DNA of 64,000 nt, taken from positions 47,692 to 111,691 of IMG/VR virus record IMGVR_UViG_3300017917_003607; one strand, 5' to 3'. This DNA comes from a virus. Made by a program: the position numbers and the translations under genes. The notes under the pieces are model-generated. The model was given only the letters and a program-made list of their open reading frames with translations, did no database searches and was not told where the DNA came from. This document shows, in pieces, positions 9,447 through 19,417 of the stretch (positions are counted from its first letter, which is position 1; each line of letters starts with the position of its first letter).

Positions 9447-10574
9447 ATGGCAGTAATACAAGAACCCGAAAGAAGTAAATTATACAGACGTATCCGTAAT
9501 CTTCTTGGTGCACCTGTTAGGGGTGTTGAATTGGAGGACGAACAAATGGATGCATTGTTAGAGTTGGCTATAGGAGACTATACTCAATATGTTTTAAATT
9601 GGTTAATTGACGCTCAATGGACATCTCTTAATGGTTTGAATTTGGATGAGCGTTCAGTGGCAAATGCTTTGATTACTCGTAGTTTAGATTGGGAAACTCA
9701 ATACACATACGCTTATTCAAAAATAGTAGGGTTACAAGCTGGCGGACCATGGGTATTAAAAAAGGATTATTTTGATTTAGTCCCTAATCAACAATTATAC
9801 GAGATACCTGCTGGTAGAGAAATCAATGAGTTGTTATGGTTTCAAAGAGCCGAATTAAATGACACGTTTTTTGACCCATTTATGGGTGGATTGTATGGGT
9901 TTGGAGGTACTGGATTAGGAGGTCCTGCAGGATACTCACAGTTTGGTGTTGGTGGTAGTTATTTTATGATGCCAGCATTTGATGTTCTGTTGAGAATGGC
10001 GGACAGAAATATAAAACAGAGAATCATAATTGGTGATTTAACTTATAGAATAACCGCAGCTCCTGATGGTAAAAAAATAGTTCATTTGTACAACGTACCT
10101 GGTGGGAGATTTGATTTTTCAAACATTTCTTTTAATAAATACAGATGTTGGTATTGGTATTATGATACTACAGATGCAGATAGAGATGATTGTTTGAAAA
10201 AAAATCCAGACATTGTTAAACTACCTTCAGATGTTCCTTTGGATGAATTAAGTTGGTCTGAATTGAATACTCCCGCACAACAATGGGTGAGACGTTGGTT
10301 TACCGCCTATTGTAAAGAAACCTTATCACGAATTTGGGGTAAGTATCAAGGAAATATTAAAACACCCGATTCTGAACTTACTTTGGATTATGCATCATTA
10401 GCCACTGAGGCTAAAGATGAAAAATTAAAATTAATGGAGGATTTAACGGGTCCTGAAGGCACTCTCACAAGGCTCAGACCTGACAAAGTCATGGAAAGAG
10501 AGGCTTTAATTGCTGAAAACTTAAATAAACAACTTAAGTTTAGAGCTTTTCCTGGTAATTTTTATGTAATATAA
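9447..10574 (+). CDS. Neck protein (T4 gp13-like head-tail adaptor)
   Basis: IRNLLGAPVRGVELEDEQMD...AIGDY N-terminus and WVRRW...KETLSRIWGKY C-terminus match the gp13 pattern. Confidence 0.75.
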   Translation: MAVIQEPERSKLYRRIRNLLGAPVRGVELEDEQMDALLELAIGDYTQYVLNWLIDAQWTSLNGLNLDERSVANALITRSLDWETQYTYAYSKIVGLQAGGPWVLKKDYFDLVPNQQLYEIPAGREINELLWFQRAELNDTFFDPFMGGLYGFGGTGLGGPAGYSQFGVGGSYFMMPAFDVLLRMADRNIKQRIIIGDLTYRITAAPDGKKIVHLYNVPGGRFDFSNISFNKYRCWYWYYDTTDADRDDCLKKNPDIVKLPSDVPLDELSWSELNTPAQQWVRRWFTAYCKETLSRIWGKYQGNIKTPDSELTLDYASLATEAKDEKLKLMEDLTGPEGTLTRLRPDKVMEREALIAENLNKQLKFRAFPGNFYVI

Positions 10575-10909
10575 TGGCAGTTTTACGAAGTATACCATCA
10601 AAAAAAATAGTAAATGGTCACGAGATAACCACATCAGAAAATTTACTAATATCAGAATCATTTTACAAAACAAATGGTGAATATGCAATTGTAATAAAAG
10701 GAGTTGATTTCTGTGAATTAATTTTAAATAGTGATACTTCAGACCACGTTGTTGTAAAAGCTTTGACACATGTTTTAATTAAACCCGATAAAAACAAAAT
10801 TGATGAGGAATACGATGAAGTAGAAATCAACAAAGGTGCTTGTGTCGAGTTCTACTTCATGGGTGGTTGTTGGTATATCCTTTCCTCAGACGGACTCAAA
10901 TTGAGTTAA
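10574..10909 (+). CDS. Hypothetical protein (probably virion-associated)
   Basis: 111-aa ORF coupled (TAATG) to the neck gene; beta-rich, ends GGCWYILS. Confidence 0.7.
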   Translation: MAVLRSIPSKKIVNGHEITTSENLLISESFYKTNGEYAIVIKGVDFCELILNSDTSDHVVVKALTHVLIKPDKNKIDEEYDEVEINKGACVEFYFMGGCWYILSSDGLKLS

Positions 10910-13618
10910 CTTGTCTTCCCAACCTTCTTCAGCTAATTCGTATATGTAATTTGGTTCTAATCCTCTTTTATTCCAATATTTAACCTCATCAGGTGATATA
11001 ATCAAAACGTCTTCATCAAGTCTATCTTGGTCACCATCACCTAATGGATATCCATTCACTAATTCACATTGTTCTTTAGTGTAAAACTCTCTTTTAGTTG
11101 GGTCATCAATTAATAAAGTTTCTCTAACATCATCTTTAAAAACAACCATTAAAGGTTCTAATCTTTTGTTAAATGTAGCAACCGCTCTAGGTACATTATA
11201 CTCCCCAACCATATCGGGATTTTTTTCTAACTCATCATTTTCTAATCTGTAACAATTTATTTGAATTGTGTCACCTTTCTTTTGAACGTCACCATGAGAT
11301 GCTCTTGAGCCATTATTAACGTAATAAATCACATCCCCCAAATTAACATTAAGACCATCTCTAATTGCCAATTCCATATGTGCCATCCGAGACATCAGAT
11401 TTCCTGCTTTTGTCTTTTGAGTACATCTTGTTCTGTAATCGTCTAAACTAAGTTTTACCTTCGCTCTTGAAGCAATCAACTTAAGAGGGATTTTCATACT
11501 AACAATTTTTTCCAAATACTCATAGTAATACTCAACAAATTCTTGTCCCTTACCATTTAGTAAAAGTTTCAAACCTTTATCCAAAAATTCTTCAATATAT
11601 AGAGGTAGTTTCTTTGATTTAATTGTATTGCCAACAAGTTTGATTTTTCCTTTATCGGTCATAAGAGCGTAGTTTTTACGAGCCACGTTAATACATGATG
11701 GCCAAACACCATCGTTATCTAAAGCCATTTCACCTCTCATGAATATGTCATTATATTCGGCAATATCGGCAGCGGCTCCTGTATATTCTTTACCCTCTTT
11801 AACTTTCCAATTGTTTCCACGACCAATATACTTGCGAGTCTCAATATCAGAAGGTGCGGAGAAGTTTACACCGTCCGTGTCCATTACAAGTGGTTGATAA
11901 CCACGAGTCATGAAGAATTTAATCATTTGACGTAGGTACTGTCTACCTGTACAGGTAATTTGTTCTCCCATGTACATATCACCCCAATGAAACACCTGAG
12001 GAGCGGATAAAGCACCGAACATTGAGTTAATAAAAATCTTAATTGGTAACTGTTTGTTTGAATATGTTTCAGAAAGTTTTGGGTCTGTTTTTTCGTATTT
12101 TTCCGCCAATTCTTTATAGTGAATACGGGTGTCACGGAAATATTTTAACATTCCTTTCATTGCACCTGTTACATCACATTTTGGAAACACATCGTGAACC
12201 AATTGAATTGATGGATATAGTGAACTAAAGTCAAGTTTCAATACGTTAGTTGAGTAACCAACTTTTAGTAATCGTGACAAACCACCAACAAAGTCTGTCT
12301 TACCTTGTTTTTCAGGAATAGCCAAACCATGTTTGTAAGACCACGCAACCATCAACATTTTCCAAAGAGTTGCAGTACCCATAGTAGATACACGTTCATA
12401 AGTTGTTGGAATCATGGATGCAAGTAAGAAAGATGCTTGGTTAAATTCTTTATCAACCAACAGAGTTTCTTCCAAGTCATCATCAAGATATCTTTCAACT
12501 ATATTATCACCCGTGGTCTTAAGGTAAGTGTCACTTCTTCGAGAACAAATGTCATCAATTTTTGGGTCCAAACCAACCTTTTTGTAATTACCATTCTTAA
12601 TATTTAACCAATATTCTTCTTTCTTTTTATATAAAGAACCAATATCTGTGTGCTGAATATAAACACGGTCCTCAGCTTCGAGGTCCAAATATTGTGTAAT
12701 ATATTTCAAACCAGCGGCTTTAATGTTGGAGTTAATTGCTTGTGCTCTACGAACAGAGTGTAGGATATCAATTACATTATATCCCCAAATTGAAGTTTGT
12801 TGATAATCTTCTATTTCGTTAGCTAACTTAAGTATTTGCTTTGTTTGAGTTATACTCTTTTCAGGATTGAGTGAGTGACACACTTTTTTTATATCCAAAC
12901 CAAGAGCTTTACATCTTTCAAATATCCAATACCAGTCAAAGTTAAATGAGTTATATCCACCAATAATTGAAGGTCTAAGTTCATCAATTACTTTGAAAAA
13001 TTCAATGATACCTTCTCTTTCTTGGTCTTCTTCCATACATTCAATCACCCTGTGGTAACCCTTGTTTGTTTTTAATCCAATCATGAATATACGACCATCC
13101 TTTGGTTCAAGTGAGGTCGTTTCTAAGTCAAATACCAATCGAGTTACTTCATCGTAATCTGCAAAACCTTTGAATAATCGTTTTTCTTTCTGAACTAAGA
13201 ATTGTTCTACGGGCGGTAACATCAAGATTTTATCTTTCATTTTTTCACCCCAAGGGTCTAACCCTCCATCCCTAAAAAATTGAATTAGAGTCCTATATCC
13301 TTTGAGTGATTTAACCATAAATGTAAGACCTCTTTCAAGTCTCTCATCACCCATAGTTTCAAGTTTGTCAATTACAATACCATACTTGGTCATTGCTTCT
13401 TTTTGTAAACCTTTAGAACCTTGATAAAAGTTTAATCCTCGTAAATCACCAACCCATGCAAAAGCAACAAAAGTATCCCTTTGAATGACTTTTCCCTTAC
13501 CAGGAATTTCTTTAATTTTGTAAATGTAGTCTGATTGATAATCGAATTCTATCGATGTGATGAATTCTTCGGGGTCAGCACCCTCCAAAAACTGCTTAAT
13601 TTCTTCTTGTGATATCAT
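10886..13618 (-). CDS. polB: Family-B DNA polymerase with 3'-5' exonuclease
   Basis: VFDLET (ExoI), GYNSFNFDW (ExoII), LDFSSLYPSI (motif A), KIFINSMFG (motif B), MDTDG (motif C), KNYA; no intein. Confidence 0.96.
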   Translation of the reverse strand: MISQEEIKQFLEGADPEEFITSIEFDYQSDYIYKIKEIPGKGKVIQRDTFVAFAWVGDLRGLNFYQGSKGLQKEAMTKYGIVIDKLETMGDERLERGLTFMVKSLKGYRTLIQFFRDGGLDPWGEKMKDKILMLPPVEQFLVQKEKRLFKGFADYDEVTRLVFDLETTSLEPKDGRIFMIGLKTNKGYHRVIECMEEDQEREGIIEFFKVIDELRPSIIGGYNSFNFDWYWIFERCKALGLDIKKVCHSLNPEKSITQTKQILKLANEIEDYQQTSIWGYNVIDILHSVRRAQAINSNIKAAGLKYITQYLDLEAEDRVYIQHTDIGSLYKKKEEYWLNIKNGNYKKVGLDPKIDDICSRRSDTYLKTTGDNIVERYLDDDLEETLLVDKEFNQASFLLASMIPTTYERVSTMGTATLWKMLMVAWSYKHGLAIPEKQGKTDFVGGLSRLLKVGYSTNVLKLDFSSLYPSIQLVHDVFPKCDVTGAMKGMLKYFRDTRIHYKELAEKYEKTDPKLSETYSNKQLPIKIFINSMFGALSAPQVFHWGDMYMGEQITCTGRQYLRQMIKFFMTRGYQPLVMDTDGVNFSAPSDIETRKYIGRGNNWKVKEGKEYTGAAADIAEYNDIFMRGEMALDNDGVWPSCINVARKNYALMTDKGKIKLVGNTIKSKKLPLYIEEFLDKGLKLLLNGKGQEFVEYYYEYLEKIVSMKIPLKLIASRAKVKLSLDDYRTRCTQKTKAGNLMSRMAHMELAIRDGLNVNLGDVIYYVNNGSRASHGDVQKKGDTIQINCYRLENDELEKNPDMVGEYNVPRAVATFNKRLEPLMVVFKDDVRETLLIDDPTKREFYTKEQCELVNGYPLGDGDQDRLDEDVLIISPDEVKYWNKRGLEPNYIYELAEEGWEDKLTQFESV

Positions 13619-13689
13619 ATTTTCCTTTCCGAGTGGTGTATTAGCTGCCGTGGTTCACGACATTTACCTTACTCATTCATGGATAAATA
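13619..13689 (-). promoter_or_regulatory. Structured 5' leader of the polymerase gene
   Basis: TATTTAT box (13683-13689), then GAGU-AA-GGU-AAAU-GUCGUG-AAC-CACGGC-AGCUAAUAC-ACC-ACUC nested pairing, then GGAAAGGAAAAU-AUG. Confidence 0.5.
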
Positions 13690-13710
13690 TAATTTGGTGA
13701 AGTTGTATTA

Positions 13711-14091
13711 TCAACAACAGTATTGAGTTTTTATAAACGAATCTGTTACGTTTATGTATAGGTTTTCTCTTATTGGAACAATTAGTTCACCCTGAGATGT
13801 TGTCACACTAAATTCCCCTAAAAATCTACCTGTAGATTTTGTGTCTTTATCTGTGAACTGATAATAGATATAATATTCTGTTGGTGCATCAGGATTATCC
13901 AATATTTTTTCAACAATATATGCGGGTTTGGATGCAATCTTTAAAACACCATCACCTTCATTTCTCATCGAAAATGTTATAACTGCATTTTCCAAATCCT
14001 CCATAAAATTACGAAAATCATTTCTACCATCCTTAACTATTTGCATTTTAAGAATAGGAAGAGTAGCACCTTTTTTGATAAAAAATTCCAT
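13711..14091 (-). CDS. BppU-like baseplate/virion beta-sandwich protein
   Basis: FFIKKGATLPIL...ITFSM...YQFTDKDT...GRFLGEFSVT...LIVP pattern of the BppU N-terminal-like family. Confidence 0.6.
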   Translation of the reverse strand: MEFFIKKGATLPILKMQIVKDGRNDFRNFMEDLENAVITFSMRNEGDGVLKIASKPAYIVEKILDNPDAPTEYYIYYQFTDKDTKSTGRFLGEFSVTTSQGELIVPIRENLYINVTDSFIKTQYCC

Positions 14092-14126
14092 TATATATAA
14101 ATATTATGTTTTGTTAATTAAAAATT

Positions 14127-16763
14127 CTATCCAATATTTAATCTTAATGTTCCTGCGTTGGCACCACTACCCCAAGTATAGTCATATGTTCCTGTGGTTA
14201 CACCTAAGGTTGATAATGTTTTTCCTGTAAAAGTTGATTGAGTTGTTAAAGTCGTATTTGAAGTGTATCCTGAAGGAACCACTAAATAATATATTAGTCC
14301 TTGTTTAATAACACTTACTAAATCTCCGCTACCAGAATTAGCATTTGTAAGACCTGAAACACCAAAATTAGTTGGGAATGTAAGTGTTGAACCCGTGTAT
14401 AAATCAACAGGTTTTGTTGAAATACCCGTTCCTGAGCTAAGTGATGCGGTATTTGGAGTTACAAAACTATTAAAATTACCAGATTGTCTATAAGTCAAAT
14501 TAGTGAGATTAAACTTACCCGTACCCGATAATATTACATCAGAACCAGATTCAAATAACCTCATTTCAAATGAAGAACCCGACACACTTGTACTACTTGG
14601 TGTTGGAGTAATTGTGTTTGTTGGTGTCACACTGGGTGTATTGGTTGGTGTATTAGTTGGTGTATCTGTAATTGTAGGGGTTATTGAAGGAGTTACAGAA
14701 CTTGTTGGAGTATTAGTTGGTGTTTCAGTTGGCGTTACCGTAGGAGTTGGGGTTATCCCACCATTAATTGTTAAACTCACATAAACAGTTACTCCCGTAA
14801 CCCATTCGGTTGTTGCGGATTGTATTAAAATTGCACTTCCTGAAGGTGTTCCAAGAGGTGGCACTCCAATCCCTGTTCCAAACACAAATCCAGTTCCAGG
14901 AACGCCAGGAGGTGTACCTGTATTGCCCGACCAAAACTTGAATGCGTTTGTATCTCCTGAATAAATTGCTGTACTTCCTGTTTGACTTAAAGTAATTGTA
15001 ATACTTTGTCCTGTAAATCCTGAAAAATAATTAGTTCTGTCAGTATTGGTAGTATCAATTGAATTAAAGTAAAAACCGTTTCCTGTGATTGAGAATACGT
15101 TAGGGTCTGTTGTACCAGTTTGTCCACCCAATGCTTGTTCTGTCATAATTGTATTTCCTGATGATGGGAAATTATACGGAAGAACAATTAAATTATATCC
15201 ATAACCCGTTACAGGTATTGGTGTTGATGTTGGTGTTGGTGTATTGGTTGGAGTTACAGTACTCGTAGGAGTTTCTGTTACAGTTGGTGTTACAGTACTT
15301 GTAGGGGTTTCTGTCACAGTTGGAGTATTAGTTGGTGTGCTGGTTGGTGTATCTGTAATTGTAGGAGTTATAGATGGTGTTATCGAACTTGTTGGAGTAT
15401 TGGTTGGTGTATCTGTAATTGTAGGAGTTATAGAAGGTGTTATCGAACTTGTTGGGGTATTGGTTGGTGTGATGGTTGGGGTATTTGTAATTGTAGGAGT
15501 TATTGAAGGTGTTATAGAACTTGTTGGGGTAATTGTGGTTGTACTTGTTGGGGTATTTGTAATTGTGGGGGTTGCGGAAGGTGTTATAGAATTTGTTGGT
15601 GTATTGGTTGGTGTTGTTGACGGAGTTATTGTATTAGTTGGACTAACTGTTGGTGTGTTGGTTGGGGTTTGAGTTGGCGTCTTAGTTGGTGTTGGAGTTG
15701 GTGTTGGTGACGGGCACATTCCCAAATCAACAATTGTTAAAGAATTAACACCGCCAGTTCTAACAATACTATTTTTCTTAGCACATAGATAAAAATCAGG
15801 ATTTGGTCCTAATATATTACCACTGATTAGGTTACCATCACAATCTATATATGAATAAATTACACTACCTAATATTGAGTCGTTAATTAATTGGTATCTC
15901 TCACAACCTTGATAATTAATTGTAGACGTAACACTAGGTGTGATTGTTGGGGTTTGAGTTGGTGTTTTTGTTACCGTTGATGTGACTGTCTGAGTTAATG
16001 TTTGTGTCGGTGTTGGGGTTGGTGTTGGCGTAATCATTTGATTAACGGAAATACTAACATAAACTGTTTGACCTGTCACCCACTGTGTTGTTGCTGATTG
16101 TATCAAAACGGCATTTCCTGAAGGTGTATTAGATGGTGGTACACCTATTCTAGTACCGAAAACAAAACCAGATTTACCTGATGTTGACCAATATTTAAAT
16201 GAACTTGTGTCCCCTGAGTAAATCGCCACACTTCCACCTTGATTTAAAGTAATTGTAACACTTTGACCCGTAAAATTCGAGAAATAACTTGTTCTATCAA
16301 TACCATTTATATCAATACTATTAAAGTAAATTCCTCTTGAATTGGTGGCTAATATATTTGGGTTAGTACTACCTGTTGAGATACCAACCGCGTTATTCAT
16401 GAATGTATTTCCAGTTGTTGGGAAATCTATTGGTAGGGCAACAAGATTATAACCAATTGGTGAAGGTGTTGAAGTTGGTGTGCTACTTATTGTTGGTGTT
16501 ATTGTTGGTGTTACGGTTGTATTTGGTGTTGGGGTTGGAGATGGATTAACACCTGTAATATTCAGAACAAACGTTTGGTCAGTACCTGAAAAATATAAAA
16601 ATACTTTACCTTGTGGGGTACCATCGGCAGGAAAGTAATCGAATGGAATAGTTTCAGGACCTAAAATAGTTGTTTGATTTGTTGAATTATCTAAAAAACT
16701 AACAATACATGTTTTTCCACTATAGGTGTTACTTTCAACTCTAAATCCGTAATCGTTTGCCAT
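14127..16763 (-). CDS. Mucin-like Pro/Thr-rich virion surface (fibre/decoration) protein with a duplicated globular domain
   Basis: Several (TPT/TPS)n tracts; an ~140-aa domain present twice (GYNL..LP..FP..GNT...YFNSID...DRT.YFS.FTGQS...GFVFGT.IGVPP...LIQSATT.WVTG.TVYVS); C-terminal domain ending GTYDYTWGSG. Confidence 0.8.
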   Translation of the reverse strand: MANDYGFRVESNTYSGKTCIVSFLDNSTNQTTILGPETIPFDYFPADGTPQGKVFLYFSGTDQTFVLNITGVNPSPTPTPNTTVTPTITPTISSTPTSTPSPIGYNLVALPIDFPTTGNTFMNNAVGISTGSTNPNILATNSRGIYFNSIDINGIDRTSYFSNFTGQSVTITLNQGGSVAIYSGDTSSFKYWSTSGKSGFVFGTRIGVPPSNTPSGNAVLIQSATTQWVTGQTVYVSISVNQMITPTPTPTPTQTLTQTVTSTVTKTPTQTPTITPSVTSTINYQGCERYQLINDSILGSVIYSYIDCDGNLISGNILGPNPDFYLCAKKNSIVRTGGVNSLTIVDLGMCPSPTPTPTPTKTPTQTPTNTPTVSPTNTITPSTTPTNTPTNSITPSATPTITNTPTSTTTITPTSSITPSITPTITNTPTITPTNTPTSSITPSITPTITDTPTNTPTSSITPSITPTITDTPTSTPTNTPTVTETPTSTVTPTVTETPTSTVTPTNTPTPTSTPIPVTGYGYNLIVLPYNFPSSGNTIMTEQALGGQTGTTDPNVFSITGNGFYFNSIDTTNTDRTNYFSGFTGQSITITLSQTGSTAIYSGDTNAFKFWSGNTGTPPGVPGTGFVFGTGIGVPPLGTPSGSAILIQSATTEWVTGVTVYVSLTINGGITPTPTVTPTETPTNTPTSSVTPSITPTITDTPTNTPTNTPSVTPTNTITPTPSSTSVSGSSFEMRLFESGSDVILSGTGKFNLTNLTYRQSGNFNSFVTPNTASLSSGTGISTKPVDLYTGSTLTFPTNFGVSGLTNANSGSGDLVSVIKQGLIYYLVVPSGYTSNTTLTTQSTFTGKTLSTLGVTTGTYDYTWGSGANAGTLRLNIG
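15341..15470. repeat. 60-bp tandem repeat encoding TPTNTPTSSITPSITPTITD units
   Basis: tggttggtgtatctgtaattgtaggagttataga(t/a)ggtgttatcgaacttgttgg(a/g)gtat occurs twice in tandem, with degenerate copies nearby (~14640-14720, ~15480-15600). Confidence 0.85.
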
Positions 16764-18667
16764 TATGGTGCAGGTATTAATGTTACTGTAAAATCTCCAC
16801 TGTCAACAACACAAGCAGTTGTTGGACAATCAAAATTAAACAAATTATATTTATCTTTAAGTATTCTATAATTATGTTGAATCTGTGATGACACCAAAGG
16901 TTCCACATACATTCTAAATTCTGAAATACCCCCCATAAAAGTACCCCCAAAGTTTTGTTCTAAAAGTATTGGGGTTGTCAATCCTGATAAACTTGTACCA
17001 CTTAAATTATTTTCACACATGACTTCAGGGTCTTGAATATATGGACCTGTTGCGTTTGAACACCCACTAAAAGTTAAAGATTCTCTTAATCCAAAAGTAC
17101 CCCCACCCCATGAAATGTTAAATGGGACACCAATCTGTTTTTCTTTAACTTCGTCAAGTTCTCTTGGAATAATTTCCTCAAAATTTTCTATCTTCATGAA
17201 TCTTTTACCATTCACATAAAAAATTAAATCACCTAATCTGAATTTTCTTTGCTCTAACCACTTTCTCTGCAATGTAATTATTTCAACCCTACTAGGGTAG
17301 GTATTACCTGTATGTGTACTTGGTGGGGTAATTAGAGACACTGTTTTATTAATGGTAGATGCGGTGAAAATTAATTCTCTCATTCCACCTAAACCCCCCA
17401 TGTTTATTAAATCACAATCCTCTAACGTTTGATATCTACTGAAAACAACGTCTATCATGACCCATTTTTCAATACCTGTACTACCTGTTGAGCAATCGTC
17501 ATATATACCGTTTGTGGAACAAATTTCAGTAATCGTATATCCTGTTTCATATGTTTGACCTGTATTTACACAAGTTCCTGTTGTTTCACAATTACCTGTC
17601 CACAACAAATATTTTACACAAAGTCTTGGATTTGATGGGTCACCACTTAACCTAAAAGATAAGGCATTAGAATATGTATCTAATTCAGTTTCTTTTTCTG
17701 TTTGTATTACTTGTTCTGTCTCACAGCTTTTTTGAATTGTTATTGCGGAAAGAGGGTATACCGTATAACAATTTGAGTTTGTTGATGCGGTATTACTACA
17801 ACCACACGTTTCAACACAGGACCCTGATAAGGACTCTGTTACTCTTGTATAACCTGTATTCCCAGAATTTGAACTATCTGCATAGTGCCAAAATTTATTT
17901 TCACCTCTAGTCCCCATGTAGAAGAAGATTCCTGAATTATCAGGATAAACTGTATTTAATAATGTTTGACCACTATTTGGGGTGTACTCATCAACTAATC
18001 TAGGTTTTAATAATAATTCTACCGTCCAACCTTTATTCATTCTTTCGGGTAATATTTTATAATCATATCCATATAATTGATAAAAACCCTGTAAATAACC
18101 ACCATACAATTCATAATATTGACCAATTGTTGTTGCGGTTTTAGTTACCATATTATAAAGTGTTTGAGCGGTTATACCTGAGAATCTTATATTTGGACTT
18201 TGGGTGTATCCCGTGATTGGTCTCATTTTAAATCTTCGGTCATAATACAACGGATTAAACTTGTAGTCATTCCTAATACCCATAGAATAATATAATGTTT
18301 TACCCGTCATTTCATTTACTAATCCATTATCAATTCCCGTTAAACCTATATCACAAGTCCCAGTAAAAGCACTATAACAACTATCGTTTAGTAAATTATT
18401 ATTGTAATTATTTGATGAAACAAATGTATTACCCGTTTTGTAATCACCATAATTTATTGTAAAATTTTGAGAACAACCACTATCTGACAATTGAATGTTA
18501 ATTGGTAATCTTTGTCCGTCCAAGTAACCAATCAATTGATTTGAAAAAACAACTTCTTCGTCATATTGTTGTTCGTCAGCAACTAAAAACAAATCAGTAT
18601 ATTCACTGTCGTCTGTATATGCATCAAATCTTCTGAAATAATAGTTATTAATGTTCTGCGTCGCCAT
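16763..18667 (-). CDS. Cys-rich virion structural protein with LamG/concanavalin-A-like elements
   Basis: GWTVELLLKP, LIFYVNGK and FMGGISEFRMYVEPL...IQHNY are LamG-like strands; TATTTAT box upstream; coupled to the Pro/Thr gene. Confidence 0.7.
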   Translation of the reverse strand: MATQNINNYYFRRFDAYTDDSEYTDLFLVADEQQYDEEVVFSNQLIGYLDGQRLPINIQLSDSGCSQNFTINYGDYKTGNTFVSSNNYNNNLLNDSCYSAFTGTCDIGLTGIDNGLVNEMTGKTLYYSMGIRNDYKFNPLYYDRRFKMRPITGYTQSPNIRFSGITAQTLYNMVTKTATTIGQYYELYGGYLQGFYQLYGYDYKILPERMNKGWTVELLLKPRLVDEYTPNSGQTLLNTVYPDNSGIFFYMGTRGENKFWHYADSSNSGNTGYTRVTESLSGSCVETCGCSNTASTNSNCYTVYPLSAITIQKSCETEQVIQTEKETELDTYSNALSFRLSGDPSNPRLCVKYLLWTGNCETTGTCVNTGQTYETGYTITEICSTNGIYDDCSTGSTGIEKWVMIDVVFSRYQTLEDCDLINMGGLGGMRELIFTASTINKTVSLITPPSTHTGNTYPSRVEIITLQRKWLEQRKFRLGDLIFYVNGKRFMKIENFEEIIPRELDEVKEKQIGVPFNISWGGGTFGLRESLTFSGCSNATGPYIQDPEVMCENNLSGTSLSGLTTPILLEQNFGGTFMGGISEFRMYVEPLVSSQIQHNYRILKDKYNLFNFDCPTTACVVDSGDFTVTLIPAP

Positions 18668-18718
18668 TCATAAATAAATACAAACATTATTGTATTTATA
18701 GTAAAAAGAAATTCATTG

Positions 18719-19417
18719 ATGTCACACGAATATAAAAATAGAAAAGACGCAGTTTTAAAAGCCAAAGAATTGGGTTGTATTGGTACCCATGAGATGAAAA
18801 ATGGTAAATTTATGCCATGTAAAACACATCAAAAATACTTAAGTCTTACCAAACAGAAAGAAAATGATGGTGAACTTGAGGAATTTGTGGACAAAGACGG
18901 TACAATGTTAAGCTCAAAAATACCTATTTTGGACCCACATGTTACACCTAAAAAAACAATGGACCAAACAGTATCAATGGCTAGAAATGTGTATGATATT
19001 TTTAGAATGGGATATAGAAGATATTTTTACGAAGAAGATATGAGTAAAGTTTTTGGGAGAGAAGAAGAGACAGATTTTATGTCTTATGATGAAACCGTAA
19101 ACTTCCTATCTGATTTACTTGGTATTGAAGACGCAAAATCAAAATCAAAGAAAAAAGAAATAGAATCCGATGCTGAAGAAAGAGCAAAGGAAATGGGTAA
19201 AATTCCTGGTAAAGAAAAAGTGCAAAGACTTTTTGAAAAAGAAACTGAAGTTACTGAAGATATTTTAGTAAAGAAAACTAAGTCAAATGGTGAGGTAAAC
19301 AAAAAAGAACAAATAACTTCTAAGATACTTAAAAGGAACTTGGATTTTGTAAAAAAACAAGCCGAAAGAGAAGGAGTGTCGATAAACGAATTAATTAAAA
19401 TGTTGAAGAGTGAATAA
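18719..19417 (+). CDS. Hypothetical protein with an N-terminal DUF3721-like C/H motif
   Basis: AVLKAKELGCIGTHEMKNGKFMPCKTH resembles the DUF3721 motif (A..LGC.G.H....MPC..H). Confidence 0.65.
   Translation: MSHEYKNRKDAVLKAKELGCIGTHEMKNGKFMPCKTHQKYLSLTKQKENDGELEEFVDKDGTMLSSKIPILDPHVTPKKTMDQTVSMARNVYDIFRMGYRRYFYEEDMSKVFGREEETDFMSYDETVNFLSDLLGIEDAKSKSKKKEIESDAEERAKEMGKIPGKEKVQRLFEKETEVTEDILVKKTKSNGEVNKKEQITSKILKRNLDFVKKQAEREGVSINELIKMLKSE

Noticed and set aside
13619-13630. bS21-controlled SD switch on the polymerase gene (GAAAGGA matches the Bacteroidota anti-SD)
   Set aside because: Only 4 nt separate it from the AUG, too short once aligned to the anti-SD. It is kept only as a caveated detail of the leader finding.
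14503-15672. Val/Gly-rich plus-strand ORFs (14503-14784, 15244-15672)
   Set aside because: They are antisense shadows of the Thr/Pro repeats in 14127-16763.
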